IMG/VR virus record: IMGVR_UViG_3300042924_004713
Span: 64,001-128,000 of that record
Source of the DNA: a virus
DNA length: 64,000 bases
Strand: one strand, 5' to 3'
Positions 13,927 to 24,659 of this stretch are shown here, one piece after another. The position numbers and the translations under genes were made by a program. The notes below the pieces were generated by a model, which was not told the DNA's origin, made no database searches, and saw nothing but the letters and a program-made list of their open reading frames with translations. The first letter of the stretch is position 1, and each line of letters starts with the position of its first letter.

Positions 13927-15333
13927 ATGAAGACATTTACAAAACTAGCCTTGTCAATAAGTTTGATATTCAGTGTGCCTGCATACGCAGATGAATATTT
14001 GGATACTCTAAATATTCTACGAGACAAAGGCATATTGACACAAAAGGAATATGATGCCAAGGTCAAAGCCTACGAAGACAAAGCGGAAAACAAAAAGTTT
14101 GCAGAACAGCGAATTGACAAAGATGTTAGTGACTCAGTCAAATACAGACAAGCCAGAGCCAACGACGGATCAGTCACAGAAAATGGAATCGGACTCAAAA
14201 GCAAAGATGGAAACAATACCATCCAACTTACAGGTCGATTACACATGGACTATAGACAATACTCACCAGATTACGGTGCAGGTCAAACCACGGATTCGTA
14301 TCAGGACCTAGCTGAAGTTCGTCGTGCTCGATTTGGTGTGCGTGGCCAATTCCAGAAGGATTTCAAATATGAGATCGTGGGGAATCTAGGCAATGACATA
14401 GGTGCAGCAAGTTCCAGTACCACTATGGATGTAGCCTGGGTCAACTACGCTGCTAATCCAGAGGCTCAGTTTCAATTTGGTTTATTCAAGATGCCTTTCA
14501 GCTTAGAGCAACTTACCAGCTCCAACAACATTGATATGATGGAGCGTAGTTTGATTGGTCAAACCGAAGGCGAATTCATTCCTGCCAAAGAAACAGGATT
14601 TATGTTGCATGGTGTGCCAAAGACTGGTCTTACCTATGCTGTGGCAGTAAGTCGTGGCCGTGCCAACAAAGATGCAGTGAATGACGGACTTGATTATATT
14701 GGTCGAGTGACTACTAACATTGCAGACCTGCAAGGCAGCAAGGCCTATGTAGCACACCTAGGCGCGGCATATAGCACAGGTGAGATCAAAGGTGGTGTCG
14801 CACCTGCCAGTGGTCGTACCGAAGCACGCAGTGCAAATGCCTGGTTCACTGGCCCAGCATTAGGAGGTATAACTTCAAGAACACGTCAAGGACTTGAAGC
14901 AGCGTTTGCCTATAATGCCTTGAAAGTACAAGCGGAGCAATTTAACTTCAAGTATGATCCTACCACTGGTAATGATCAAGACATTCGGGGTTATTATGTG
15001 TTGGCAGTGTATAATCTTACCGGTGAAAGCTATAACTACCGTGACGGTGTCTTTGGTTCAATCAAACCAAACAATCCAGTAGACAAAGGTGGCCGTGGTG
15101 CTTGGCAAGTGGGCGTGCGTTTAAGCGAGTTTGATGCCAGTGATATCGCTGTGGCCACAGGTAAATCAAATCGTGCAACAGCCATGACCTATGGTCTAAC
15201 CTGGTTTACCACCGAAAACCTACGCTTTATGATAAACTACGTAGACACTAAGTTTGACAGTCTAGTTGGCAGCTCAGGAAGTCGTGTAAATGGCGATCGT
15301 GCTTTGATGTTTAGAAGTCAATTCAACTTTTAA
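13927..15333 (+). CDS. OprO/OprP family phosphate-selective porin
   Basis: RRARFG, FKMPFSLEQLTSSN...ERS, C-terminal Phe; operonic with pstS. Confidence 0.9.
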   Translation: MKTFTKLALSISLIFSVPAYADEYLDTLNILRDKGILTQKEYDAKVKAYEDKAENKKFAEQRIDKDVSDSVKYRQARANDGSVTENGIGLKSKDGNNTIQLTGRLHMDYRQYSPDYGAGQTTDSYQDLAEVRRARFGVRGQFQKDFKYEIVGNLGNDIGAASSSTTMDVAWVNYAANPEAQFQFGLFKMPFSLEQLTSSNNIDMMERSLIGQTEGEFIPAKETGFMLHGVPKTGLTYAVAVSRGRANKDAVNDGLDYIGRVTTNIADLQGSKAYVAHLGAAYSTGEIKGGVAPASGRTEARSANAWFTGPALGGITSRTRQGLEAAFAYNALKVQAEQFNFKYDPTTGNDQDIRGYYVLAVYNLTGESYNYRDGVFGSIKPNNPVDKGGRGAWQVGVRLSEFDASDIAVATGKSNRATAMTYGLTWFTTENLRFMINYVDTKFDSLVGSSGSRVNGDRALMFRSQFNF

Positions 15334-15347
15334 GTCAGCAGAATGGA

Positions 15348-15372
15348 GAAACTCCCTTTAAGGGAGTTTTTT
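15348..15372 (+). terminator. intrinsic terminator
   Basis: AAACTCCC-TTTAA-GGGAGTTTTTTT. Confidence 0.85.
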
Positions 15373-15407
15373 TGTTCAAAATTCTTAACAATCTTCAATT
15401 TTTATGT

Positions 15408-15415
15408 TATAAATA
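15408..15415 (+). promoter_or_regulatory. T4-late-type promoter TATAAATA upstream of groES
   Basis: Exact T4 late consensus followed by a 5'UTR hairpin. Confidence 0.55.
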
Positions 15416-15483
15416 ACCTTTGCACAGTGCTCAGGTGAGACTGTGCATACTTTCTTGCTTAAATTTAAAGGAGAAGGCAAATC

Positions 15484-15768
15484 ATGAAATTGAAACCTCT
15501 ACATGATCGCGTGATAGTAAGAGTGCAAGACTCCGAAACACGCACCCAAAGTGGCATTGTTATTCCCGACAACGCTAAAGAAAAACCAACCACAGGCGAA
15601 GTTCTTGCTGTTGGCCCTGGTCGCTATGACAACGGTGCTTTTGTTGCTACCACAGTAACCGAAGGTGCACGTATTTTGTTTGGTCAGTTCGCTGGACAAA
15701 AAGTCAAAGTGGAGAACGAGGAATACACTATTCTTCGTGAAGAAGACATTCTTGCAATCTTAGCTTAA
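15484..15768 (+). CDS. groES: co-chaperonin GroES
   Basis: [28 protein letters not shown]. Confidence 0.97.
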   Translation: MKLKPLHDRVIVRVQDSETRTQSGIVIPDNAKEKPTTGEVLAVGPGRYDNGAFVATTVTEGARILFGQFAGQKVKVENEEYTILREEDILAILA

Positions 15769-17403
<1,635 letters not shown>

Positions 17404-17406
17404 AAC

Positions 17407-17431
17407 AAAGCCCGCCCTAGGCGGGTTTTGT
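17407..17431 (+). terminator. intrinsic terminator
   Basis: CCCGCC-CTA-GGCGGG followed by a T-tract. Confidence 0.85.
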
Positions 17432-17497
17432 TTATCAGTTGAGTTGTGAAATCTGTGTTTTGCTGCTACAATTGATAACTATGAAATTGGAGGTCAT

Positions 17498-17755
17498 ATG
17501 CAGCACAAACACACCAGAGACGAAATCAGTCTTAGCAGCCAAGATACTGCTGCTAAAATTGGCAACCTATTTGACACTGTTTTAGTTTTAAGCCAGCGTA
17601 TTAGAGAAATCAAGTGCGGACATGCTGCCATGGTAAATCAAGGCACGTCGCCCTTGAGCACTGCTATGCATGAAATAGCCGCAGGCAAAGTCACAAGATC
17701 GTGGTTAAACCGCGAACCTCCCGAAAACAACTCCAGAAGGAAATACCACAAATGA
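17498..17755 (+). CDS. RNA polymerase omega subunit-like protein
   Basis: IGNLFDTVLVLSQRIREI...TAMHEIAAGKV resembles RpoZ NRF-LVL-AA-RAR...ALREIA-G. Confidence 0.65.
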   Translation: MQHKHTRDEISLSSQDTAAKIGNLFDTVLVLSQRIREIKCGHAAMVNQGTSPLSTAMHEIAAGKVTRSWLNREPPENNSRRKYHK

Positions 17756-17925
17756 AAGCCAACAAACATTTCAAACTCAGCAAGAGCAGTAAAATGATGG
17801 CAGCAACTATTCTAAATGCCGAGCGTCGCAATCACTTCCTACGCTCAATGGTGCAAGCAGAAATTGTCAGCAGAATGGCACCACCTAGGATGAACAAAAA
17901 TGAACGTAAGGAATCACACTCATGA
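17752..17925 (+). CDS. small basic hypothetical protein
   Basis: ATGA-coupled on both sides. Confidence 0.65.
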   Translation: MKANKHFKLSKSSKMMAATILNAERRNHFLRSMVQAEIVSRMAPPRMNKNERKESHS

Positions 17926-19217
17926 CAGACTATAAAGTAGCCGATATCAGTCTAGCAGACTGGGGCAGAGCAGAGATTGAAATTGCCGAGCACGAGATGC
18001 CAGGTTTGATGTCTATACGAGAAAAATATCGCGACAGCAAGCCACTGACAGGCGCTAGAATTGCTGGTAGTCTACACATGACTATTCAAACTGCTGTACT
18101 GGTTGAAACCTTGGTAGACCTAGGCGCAGAGGTACGCTGGAGTAGCTGTAATATTTTCAGCACACAAGATCATGCTGCGGCTGCTTTAGCAGCTCGAGGT
18201 ATTCCTGTGTTTGCCTGGAAAGGTGAGACCGAAGAAGAATATTGGTGGTGCATAGAGCAGACTCTTACAGGACCCAATGATTGGCGACCCAACATGCTGT
18301 TGGATGATGGGCATGACCTTACTGGATTCGTACACGATCACAGACCAGACTTACTTGACGGCATTGTGGGCGTCAGCGAGGAGACCACCACAGGTATTCA
18401 CAAACTAGTGGAACGTGTGCGAGCTGGCACTCTGCGTTTGCCTGCTATCAATGTAAATGATAGTGTGACCAAGGCAAAATTTGACAATCTTTATGGTTGT
18501 CGTGAAAGCCTGGTTGATGCCATCAAGCGTGCCACTGATGTAATGATTGCTGGTAAAACCGCTGTGGTCTGTGGCTATGGTGATGTAGGCAAAGGATCAG
18601 CACAGGCACTGCGAGCTCTGGGTGCTATTGTATGGGTCACTGAAATAGATCCAATCTGCGCTCTCCAAGCTGCCATGGAAGGCTACAAAGTTACCACAAT
18701 GAAGTATGCAGCTGACAAAGCTGATATCTATGTAACTGCCACAGGCAATATTAATGTGATCACCCGCGAACACATGGAACGCATGAAGAACAATGCTATT
18801 GTGTGCAACATTGGTCATTTTGACAGTGAAATAGACATCGCTGGCATACAAGATCTTGAATGGCGCGAGATCAAGCCCTTGGTTGATCATGTGATCTTCC
18901 CCAATGGCAAACGACTGATTGTATTGGCCAAGGGACGCTTGGTGAATCTTGGTTGTGCCACGGGTCATCCCAGTTATGTAATGAGCAACAGTTTTACCAA
19001 TCAGGTGTTAGCACAGATTGAACTATGGCAGCATCGCGATGACAAAAAGTATGCAGCTGGAGAAATCTATCTACTGCCCAAACACATAGACGAAGAAGTT
19101 GCCAGACTTCATCTTGCTCATGTTGGTGCCAAACTAACCGAACTCAGCGCAGACCAGGCCGCCTATATTGGTGTGCCAGTGCAAGGGCCATTCAAGCCTG
19201 ACACATATCGTTATTAA
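17922..19217 (+). CDS. ahcY: adenosylhomocysteinase
   Basis: [39 protein letters not shown]. Confidence 0.97.
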   Translation: MTDYKVADISLADWGRAEIEIAEHEMPGLMSIREKYRDSKPLTGARIAGSLHMTIQTAVLVETLVDLGAEVRWSSCNIFSTQDHAAAALAARGIPVFAWKGETEEEYWWCIEQTLTGPNDWRPNMLLDDGHDLTGFVHDHRPDLLDGIVGVSEETTTGIHKLVERVRAGTLRLPAINVNDSVTKAKFDNLYGCRESLVDAIKRATDVMIAGKTAVVCGYGDVGKGSAQALRALGAIVWVTEIDPICALQAAMEGYKVTTMKYAADKADIYVTATGNINVITREHMERMKNNAIVCNIGHFDSEIDIAGIQDLEWREIKPLVDHVIFPNGKRLIVLAKGRLVNLGCATGHPSYVMSNSFTNQVLAQIELWQHRDDKKYAAGEIYLLPKHIDEEVARLHLAHVGAKLTELSADQAAYIGVPVQGPFKPDTYRY

Positions 19218-19235
19218 ATCAGCAACTTCCCACGG

Positions 19236-19264
19236 TTGACCATTAAATCCAAAAAGTCTACAAT
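19236..19264 (+). promoter_or_regulatory. sigma70-like promoter TTGACC-N17-TACAAT
   Basis: Recurrent motif. Confidence 0.75.
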
Positions 19265-19294
19265 CACGATATTGAGACTTTTTGGAGGTTAACT

Positions 19295-19576
19295 ATGTCG
19301 CAACTCACAATCCAAGATATCAATGCTGCCATTATTGGCGGTTCATTCACTAACGAGCAGCTGAACAGCATTGTTGACGCTGTGAAATATGCTCGTGCTA
19401 ATCTTGTAAAACAAGCTCGTTACTCTATCAAGCCCGGCACGGATGTGCAATTCTATAGCGAAAAACGCAACAGCACTATTCGTGGAAAAGTTGCTAAAAT
19501 TGCACTAAAATATGCCACAGTGACTACCCCGCAGGGCACTTGGAAAGTTCCTATGAATATGTTAACAGTTGCATAA
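19295..19576 (+). CDS. hypothetical phage protein
   Basis: GGAGG RBS, own promoter. Confidence 0.8.
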   Translation: MSQLTIQDINAAIIGGSFTNEQLNSIVDAVKYARANLVKQARYSIKPGTDVQFYSEKRNSTIRGKVAKIALKYATVTTPQGTWKVPMNMLTVA

Positions 19577-19591
19577 CAACCAACTTTTTGG

Positions 19592-19620
19592 TTGACCAAT
19601 ATTTTCCATTTCTGTACAAT
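19592..19620 (+). promoter_or_regulatory. sigma70-like promoter TTGACC-N17-TACAAT
   Basis: Recurrent motif. Confidence 0.75.
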
Positions 19621-19650
19621 AGTGGTACATTAACTAAGAAGGAGTTGTAA

Positions 19651-20028
19651 ATGTCAAAACTTTTTGCTTATGCGGGTACTTGTGTTGTTAATGGTGCAAC
19701 TGTTTACAAATTTGCTAACGACGAGGGTCGTGCAGCGGTGCTAGCCAAACTGGGTGCGACCGACGTAAACATGCTCAAGCTGCCGTTTACCATGGGCAAA
19801 GAAGCTGCTGTTGAATGGCTTGCTGCGCAGGGCATCACCGCTGGCAAGGCACCGCGTGTTGCAAAAGTTGCAAAGCCAGCAAAAGTTGCAAAAACCACAA
19901 CGGTTGCTGTTCCTGTAACCAAGAGCCGTCGTGTGGGCGACAAACCGCGCAAGGGTCAAGATCCCGCGGAGTTTGTAGAAGAATGGTTTGCTGACAAGGC
20001 AGCAAAACTTGCTAAAAAAGCAGCATAA
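19651..20028 (+). CDS. Ala/Lys-rich hypothetical protein
   Basis: AAGGAG RBS; AKVAKPAKVAK repeat. Confidence 0.8.
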   Translation: MSKLFAYAGTCVVNGATVYKFANDEGRAAVLAKLGATDVNMLKLPFTMGKEAAVEWLAAQGITAGKAPRVAKVAKPAKVAKTTTVAVPVTKSRRVGDKPRKGQDPAEFVEEWFADKAAKLAKKAA

Positions 20029-20030
20029 AC

Positions 20031-20054
20031 AAGCGGCCCCAGGGCCGCTTTTTT
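20031..20054 (+). terminator. intrinsic terminator
   Basis: AAGCGGCCC-CA-GGGCCGCTTTTTT. Confidence 0.85.
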
Positions 20055-20055
20055 C

Positions 20056-20084
20056 TTGACCAAAAATATCCATTTTCGTATAAT
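20056..20084 (+). promoter_or_regulatory. sigma70-like promoter TTGACC-N17-TATAAT
   Basis: Recurrent motif. Confidence 0.75.
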
Positions 20085-20114
20085 AATAGAATAGTAAACA
20101 ACACGGAGCATAGC

Positions 20115-20435
20115 ATGAAATTAGTAATAATTACCCAAGTTTACGAAAACTACGCCTGGATGGAAGATGGTTCTATAGGTACCGGCGATGCGGCCTACTG
20201 GAAAGCCAAGGGCGGCGATGATTATGTTATTCGTAATTTTGATCCTACCCGTTATGCTCCAGGTATCATTGTAGAACAAGTGCGTGGTCGCATTGAATCC
20301 GATAATGATTACATGCGTGAACACATTGTGGATTGGGCTGTAGTTGAAGATGACTACCTTACTGAGCATGAACAAAACCAACTTGCGTTTGACGGTAAGA
20401 TAACTTACCCAGCGAAAGAACTTGAACTAGCATAA
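20115..20435 (+). CDS. hypothetical phage protein
   Basis: GGAG RBS; TQ..ENY...YWKAKGG motif. Confidence 0.8.
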   Translation: MKLVIITQVYENYAWMEDGSIGTGDAAYWKAKGGDDYVIRNFDPTRYAPGIIVEQVRGRIESDNDYMREHIVDWAVVEDDYLTEHEQNQLAFDGKITYPAKELELA

Positions 20436-20445
20436 AGAGGAGATC

Positions 20446-20631
20446 ATGCGTATTTGGAGAAAAGGTGAACATGTTTGGTTTAAAACAAAAACTCATGGCA
20501 ACTTAGTCGGTGAAGTGCTTCGTAAGAGATTGAACTATGTCAAAGTTGGTGTATTAGGACTGGGTTGGTATGTCTGGGTTCACGCCGATAAATTGAACAA
20601 AATGGAGTACCAAAGTCAGAGCACAGGCTGA
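20446..20631 (+). CDS. small hypothetical (SH3-like) protein
   Basis: GAGGAG RBS. Confidence 0.65.
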   Translation: MRIWRKGEHVWFKTKTHGNLVGEVLRKRLNYVKVGVLGLGWYVWVHADKLNKMEYQSQSTG

Positions 20632-20811
20632 CTCTATAGTGCCCTGTGACACTAGCGACAGTGAGCAGTGGTAGCAAGCAAGCCACCAGCGAGAATGAGC
20701 CGTAGCTTGACCATGGCATCCCGGCAAGAAAAGCGCAGGATGGGAATGGCGGACCCTAAACTCAACTAACGACGGTCCTTGTTAGTTTTTAAATATTGTA
20801 ATGGAGGTAGC

Positions 20812-21033
20812 ATGAGAGTAGCACATGATTTTGGTCTAGTACGTATCGTACACGATGGTTCGCCATTTGATACAGCCTATGATATAAAAGTGGAATGGGT
20901 GGTAAACGGTAAATGGGAACTGTATCACGGCTTTAATAGTCTTAGTGATGATTGGGCTCATACCAATGCCAAAGAAGCCGCAGGTCGTGCTATAGCAAAA
21001 ATAGCAGCAGAAGCCGCAAAGGCAATGTCATGA
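20812..21033 (+). CDS. hypothetical protein
   Basis: GGAGG RBS. Confidence 0.75.
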   Translation: MRVAHDFGLVRIVHDGSPFDTAYDIKVEWVVNGKWELYHGFNSLSDDWAHTNAKEAAGRAIAKIAAEAAKAMS

Positions 21034-21254
21034 AACTTGAAATTTCAGGTCTTACTGCCAAGCAGGCAGCACTGTGTGATATTATGTGGGCAATAGAAAC
21101 GCAAGAAGGTGTTGAAAGTTTTATCAGTACCTTGCCTACGCAGGATCAACGTGACTGCCGTAGCCTTATTGAAATGATGAAGCTGGCTTTTATTGACGAA
21201 ATTAACAGTACTGACCTTGCTCAAGAGGTTCTGATCAAATGGACAAAATCTTGA
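21030..21254 (+). CDS. hypothetical protein
   Basis: ATGA coupling to the upstream gene. Confidence 0.7.
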   Translation: MKLEISGLTAKQAALCDIMWAIETQEGVESFISTLPTQDQRDCRSLIEMMKLAFIDEINSTDLAQEVLIKWTKS

Positions 21255-21904
21255 CCGACGGATGGACAGCGGATCAGGTCTGGGCTGCCGCAGTTAGAGC
21301 CAGCCGTATAAACAATGACGAGTATCTACGCAACGACGAATGGGTACCAGATCCTCAGAATCCTGAAGAAGCCAAACTAGGGCGCAAGGCCAATAGATAC
21401 TGGATTAACGAAAGTCTAACTAATCTTGATCTGCTGGAAGCGCAAGATTACGAAGACGGTAGACAGGCTCGAGCGTTTTTTCAAAAGCAATACACGTTTC
21501 GTGTGCTGCGGCAAGATCTGAATGGCTTTGAACAACGCATGGCAAAGACCCTAGGCATAGAACAATTTTATCCTAGTATGTCCACTGAGTATTCAGTAAT
21601 TGCAAGTCAAATTCCTAGATGGCGTGCGAGTTGCATCGAACAGGAAATTCTCAAAGACGCTGTGGCCACGCCCTTGGCCACAGTGGGAGAACGTATCCAA
21701 AGACAGGTAACCGTGGCTCGAGCTGTGTATAGCGAAAAATACAATATGAATTTTCTAACTGGGCGTACCAATTGCGGTCACCGAGTGATGTTTGGATACA
21801 AGACCAAATTGGAATTGGGGCGAACCTACAGCATACTGGGCACAGTAAAAGAACACAGATCGGACTGTACCCAATTGAATCGTGTGAAAGTGATTGACCA
21901 TTAA
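21239..21904 (+). CDS. hypothetical protein (C-terminal OB-fold-like)
   Basis: GTVKEH...TQLNRVK C-terminus. Confidence 0.7.
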   Translation: MDKILTDGWTADQVWAAAVRASRINNDEYLRNDEWVPDPQNPEEAKLGRKANRYWINESLTNLDLLEAQDYEDGRQARAFFQKQYTFRVLRQDLNGFEQRMAKTLGIEQFYPSMSTEYSVIASQIPRWRASCIEQEILKDAVATPLATVGERIQRQVTVARAVYSEKYNMNFLTGRTNCGHRVMFGYKTKLELGRTYSILGTVKEHRSDCTQLNRVKVIDH

Positions 21905-21922
21905 AACACTTTTTTATATAAT
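21894..21922 (+). promoter_or_regulatory. sigma70-like promoter TTGACC-N17-TATAAT
   Basis: Recurrent motif. Confidence 0.7.
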
Positions 21923-21951
21923 ACTAGATGTAATGTTAACTAGGAGCCAAA

Positions 21952-23043
21952 ATGTCTGAGACACGTACCGTAACAATCAAGCAAGCACGCCGCAGCATCA
22001 ACAAAGCCTTTGCTGTGAAACGTCCGATCTTTCTGTGGGGGCCTCCAGGTATCGGCAAGAGTGAGTTAGTTGAAGGTATCACCAAGGAGCTTGGTGGTTT
22101 TATGATCGACCTGCGATTGGGTCAAATGGAACCCACTGACATTCGTGGTATCCCGTTTTACAACAAAGAGCTTGGCAAGATGGATTGGGCTCCACCTATT
22201 GATTTGCCTGATGAGGAATTGGCCAGTCAGTATCCTGTGGTTGTGTTGTTCTTGGACGAACTTAACTCTGCGGCACCAGCTGTACAAAGTGCAGCGTATC
22301 AGCTGATTTTGAATAGACGTGTAGGAAAGTATCGCTTGCCTGATAATGTTGTAATGATTGCAGCAGGCAACCGTGAGTCGGACAAAGGCGTTACATACCG
22401 TATGCCTACTCCTTTGGCTAACCGGTTTATTCACCAAGAACTCAAGCAGGACTTTGCATGTTGGCACGAGTGGGCTGTTGAAAACAAGATTCATCAAGAT
22501 GTTGTTGGTTATCTGAGCTTTGCCAAGCAAGACCTATATGACTTTGATGCAAAGAGTGCTAGCCGAGCTTTTGCAACACCGCGTTCCTGGACCTTTGTCA
22601 GCGAGATTCTTGTGGACGAAGATCTTGATGAGGACACTGCTACAAATCTTATTGCTGGTACCGTTGGTGAAGGTCTGGCAGTAAAGTTTGCAGCACATCG
22701 CAAGGTCGCAGCCAAGATGCCCAAGCCAGAAGACATTCTTGCTGGCAAGGTCAAAGAGCTCAAGGTCAAAGAAGTTTCAGCGATGTACTCCTTGGTGACT
22801 TCTATGTGTTATGAACTCAAGGACGCACATGAAAATGGCGCAGACGAAAAAGTGTTCAATGGCATGGCAGACAACTTCTTCCGTTTCATGATGGACAATT
22901 TTGAAACTGAGATTGTTGTGATGGGTGCTCGTGTTGCGCTGACCACATATGATCTACCGTTCCAGCCCAGCAAGCTCAAGAACTTTGATGAGTTCCACGA
23001 GCGTTATGGCAAGTACATTCTGAGTGCTAGTTCGAATTCCTAA
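21952..23043 (+). CDS. MoxR-like AAA+ ATPase
   Basis: GPPGIGKS Walker A, LFLDE Walker B, AAGN, LANRF, TPRSW. Confidence 0.9.
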   Translation: MSETRTVTIKQARRSINKAFAVKRPIFLWGPPGIGKSELVEGITKELGGFMIDLRLGQMEPTDIRGIPFYNKELGKMDWAPPIDLPDEELASQYPVVVLFLDELNSAAPAVQSAAYQLILNRRVGKYRLPDNVVMIAAGNRESDKGVTYRMPTPLANRFIHQELKQDFACWHEWAVENKIHQDVVGYLSFAKQDLYDFDAKSASRAFATPRSWTFVSEILVDEDLDEDTATNLIAGTVGEGLAVKFAAHRKVAAKMPKPEDILAGKVKELKVKEVSAMYSLVTSMCYELKDAHENGADEKVFNGMADNFFRFMMDNFETEIVVMGARVALTTYDLPFQPSKLKNFDEFHERYGKYILSASSNS

Positions 23044-23968
23044 TTCTAGCTAGATCTGCGGTGGCACAGTGTATGCCCAGATCCCAGAATGTTTGATGAC
23101 GCAGGGGTGCTACTAGAAGGTGGCACCCTTTTTGTTTCAATAGGTCTCTGAGTTCAGGATGATCTTGACCTGTAATCACCAGAGTATGATCAATGATCAA
23201 GATATTGATTTCAAACACAGTTTCAGCGGCGCAGCCTACCCAAGAAGGTATCGTGGCATTGACCCACTGTGCGAATTCACTGTGAGGCGGATGTTGGTCA
23301 CTATGCCATTTTCTATCCAGAGTACCTGCAAAGGTTTCATTGAGATATAGCACCGTATGATCCGGAAAATGCTGTTTGAAGAAAAATTTCTGAAGAGCAT
23401 GCTGCGCATGATCTCTACTGGCAGCGATTACACCAGGTGTGGGTATGCACCACCAACCATCAAGGTGCCCGGTGTTATAGTATCTGCGTCTGGGCTTGGC
23501 TACGTATTGCTCAAACCAGTGTTCGGCTTGGGGGAGATCTTCTATATGGTCAACGCTGTAGTACACACAGTCTGGAAGATCAAGAACGTTGGCACCATGT
23601 ATGTCCGGTGCACTGGGTCTGGTTATAATCACATCCTGACCACGTGCAAGGTCCACAATGTGCTGATATCCAGGAGCTCGTGAATTGGACTGTACACACA
23701 AACGATTGTGCAAGAGTATTAGATCGTCTCGTGGTGCCACAGGTGGCAACACTGAGTTTGGAACACAGTCCAGATTGGGTCTAAGAACCTGTACACCAAG
23801 TGTGACCAAAAGTGATGCTAGAGCATCTAGATCTTCCTGTGTTTCTTGTGCTATAATTTCAAGATGCTGACGTACATGATAGTCAACCCAGTCAAATCTT
23901 GATGGACTCCAACATGAGCCAACAACTGCTGTGGTTAGTCTATCCCATGGCGAGTCTACTGAAAACAT
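23027..23968 (-). CDS. amidinotransferase (pentein) family protein
   Basis: PRDD, GHLD, GIHCAT catalytic motifs; start placed at the ATG following TAAATA-N5. Confidence 0.8.
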   Translation of the reverse strand: MFSVDSPWDRLTTAVVGSCWSPSRFDWVDYHVRQHLEIIAQETQEDLDALASLLVTLGVQVLRPNLDCVPNSVLPPVAPRDDLILLHNRLCVQSNSRAPGYQHIVDLARGQDVIITRPSAPDIHGANVLDLPDCVYYSVDHIEDLPQAEHWFEQYVAKPRRRYYNTGHLDGWWCIPTPGVIAASRDHAQHALQKFFFKQHFPDHTVLYLNETFAGTLDRKWHSDQHPPHSEFAQWVNATIPSWVGCAAETVFEINILIIDHTLVITGQDHPELRDLLKQKGCHLLVAPLRHQTFWDLGIHCATADLARIRNSN

Positions 23969-23991
23969 GATGTTATTTAGAGTCAACAAAC

Positions 23992-24234
23992 ATGAACGCA
24001 GAATTTCCCATAACCATTCGTAGACAATTCGTACCTTACAGTCATCATCAAGTATCCGATCTGTTGAAAGCCATGCGTAAGACTTTTGGACCACCTGGCC
24101 CTACTAGACGTTGGATATTCAAAGTTCCATTGGATGAACATGGCGCCAACGCATGGCAAATTGACTTGTTTTTTAGAGATAGGAACGATAGTTTGATCTT
24201 TTGTCTTAAATATCTTGGTGAAACAAATGAATAA
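23992..24234 (+). CDS. hypothetical phage protein
   Basis: ORF; C-terminal F-x-L-K-Y motif. Confidence 0.6.
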   Translation: MNAEFPITIRRQFVPYSHHQVSDLLKAMRKTFGPPGPTRRWIFKVPLDEHGANAWQIDLFFRDRNDSLIFCLKYLGETNE

Positions 24235-24616
24235 ATCAAAATGGAAATGTACCAAGCTAGATGCTAGATACAATTACAAAAAATACTTTGGATACATGAT
24301 TGAGGTTCAAGGTATAGGTAACTCAGCGTTGAAAGCAGTGGAATTTAATCGAGTAAAACAATGGTTTGAACAAACCTATGGACACAGTGCCGAGGTTAGA
24401 GATTGGGTCAACATTGTTGGTTACTTTAATTTTACACAGGCCGCTAGTACTCTTTGGCGTAAAAAACTACCAGTACAACAGGAAGAAATGCCATTGGACA
24501 TAATCAGCGAACACTGGAGTTGGACCAACGGACGTGATGGCGAGGATCATAGAATCTACTGTGCCAGCGAAAAGGAAGTGGCGTTTTTCCGCTTGGCGCA
24601 CAAGCTTGACCAATAA
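24227..24616 (+). CDS. hypothetical phage protein
   Basis: ORF coupled to the upstream gene. Confidence 0.7.
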   Translation: MNKSKWKCTKLDARYNYKKYFGYMIEVQGIGNSALKAVEFNRVKQWFEQTYGHSAEVRDWVNIVGYFNFTQAASTLWRKKLPVQQEEMPLDIISEHWSWTNGRDGEDHRIYCASEKEVAFFRLAHKLDQ

Positions 24617-24634
24617 TTCATTATTTGCTATAAT
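24606..24634 (+). promoter_or_regulatory. sigma70-like promoter TTGACC-N17-TATAAT
   Basis: Recurrent motif. Confidence 0.75.
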
Positions 24635-24659
24635 GTGTGCATAGTTACTAGGAGAGAAC

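Noticed and set aside
15421-15447. CIRCE element before groES
   Set aside because: The inverted repeat does not match TTAGCACTC-N9-GAGTGCTAA
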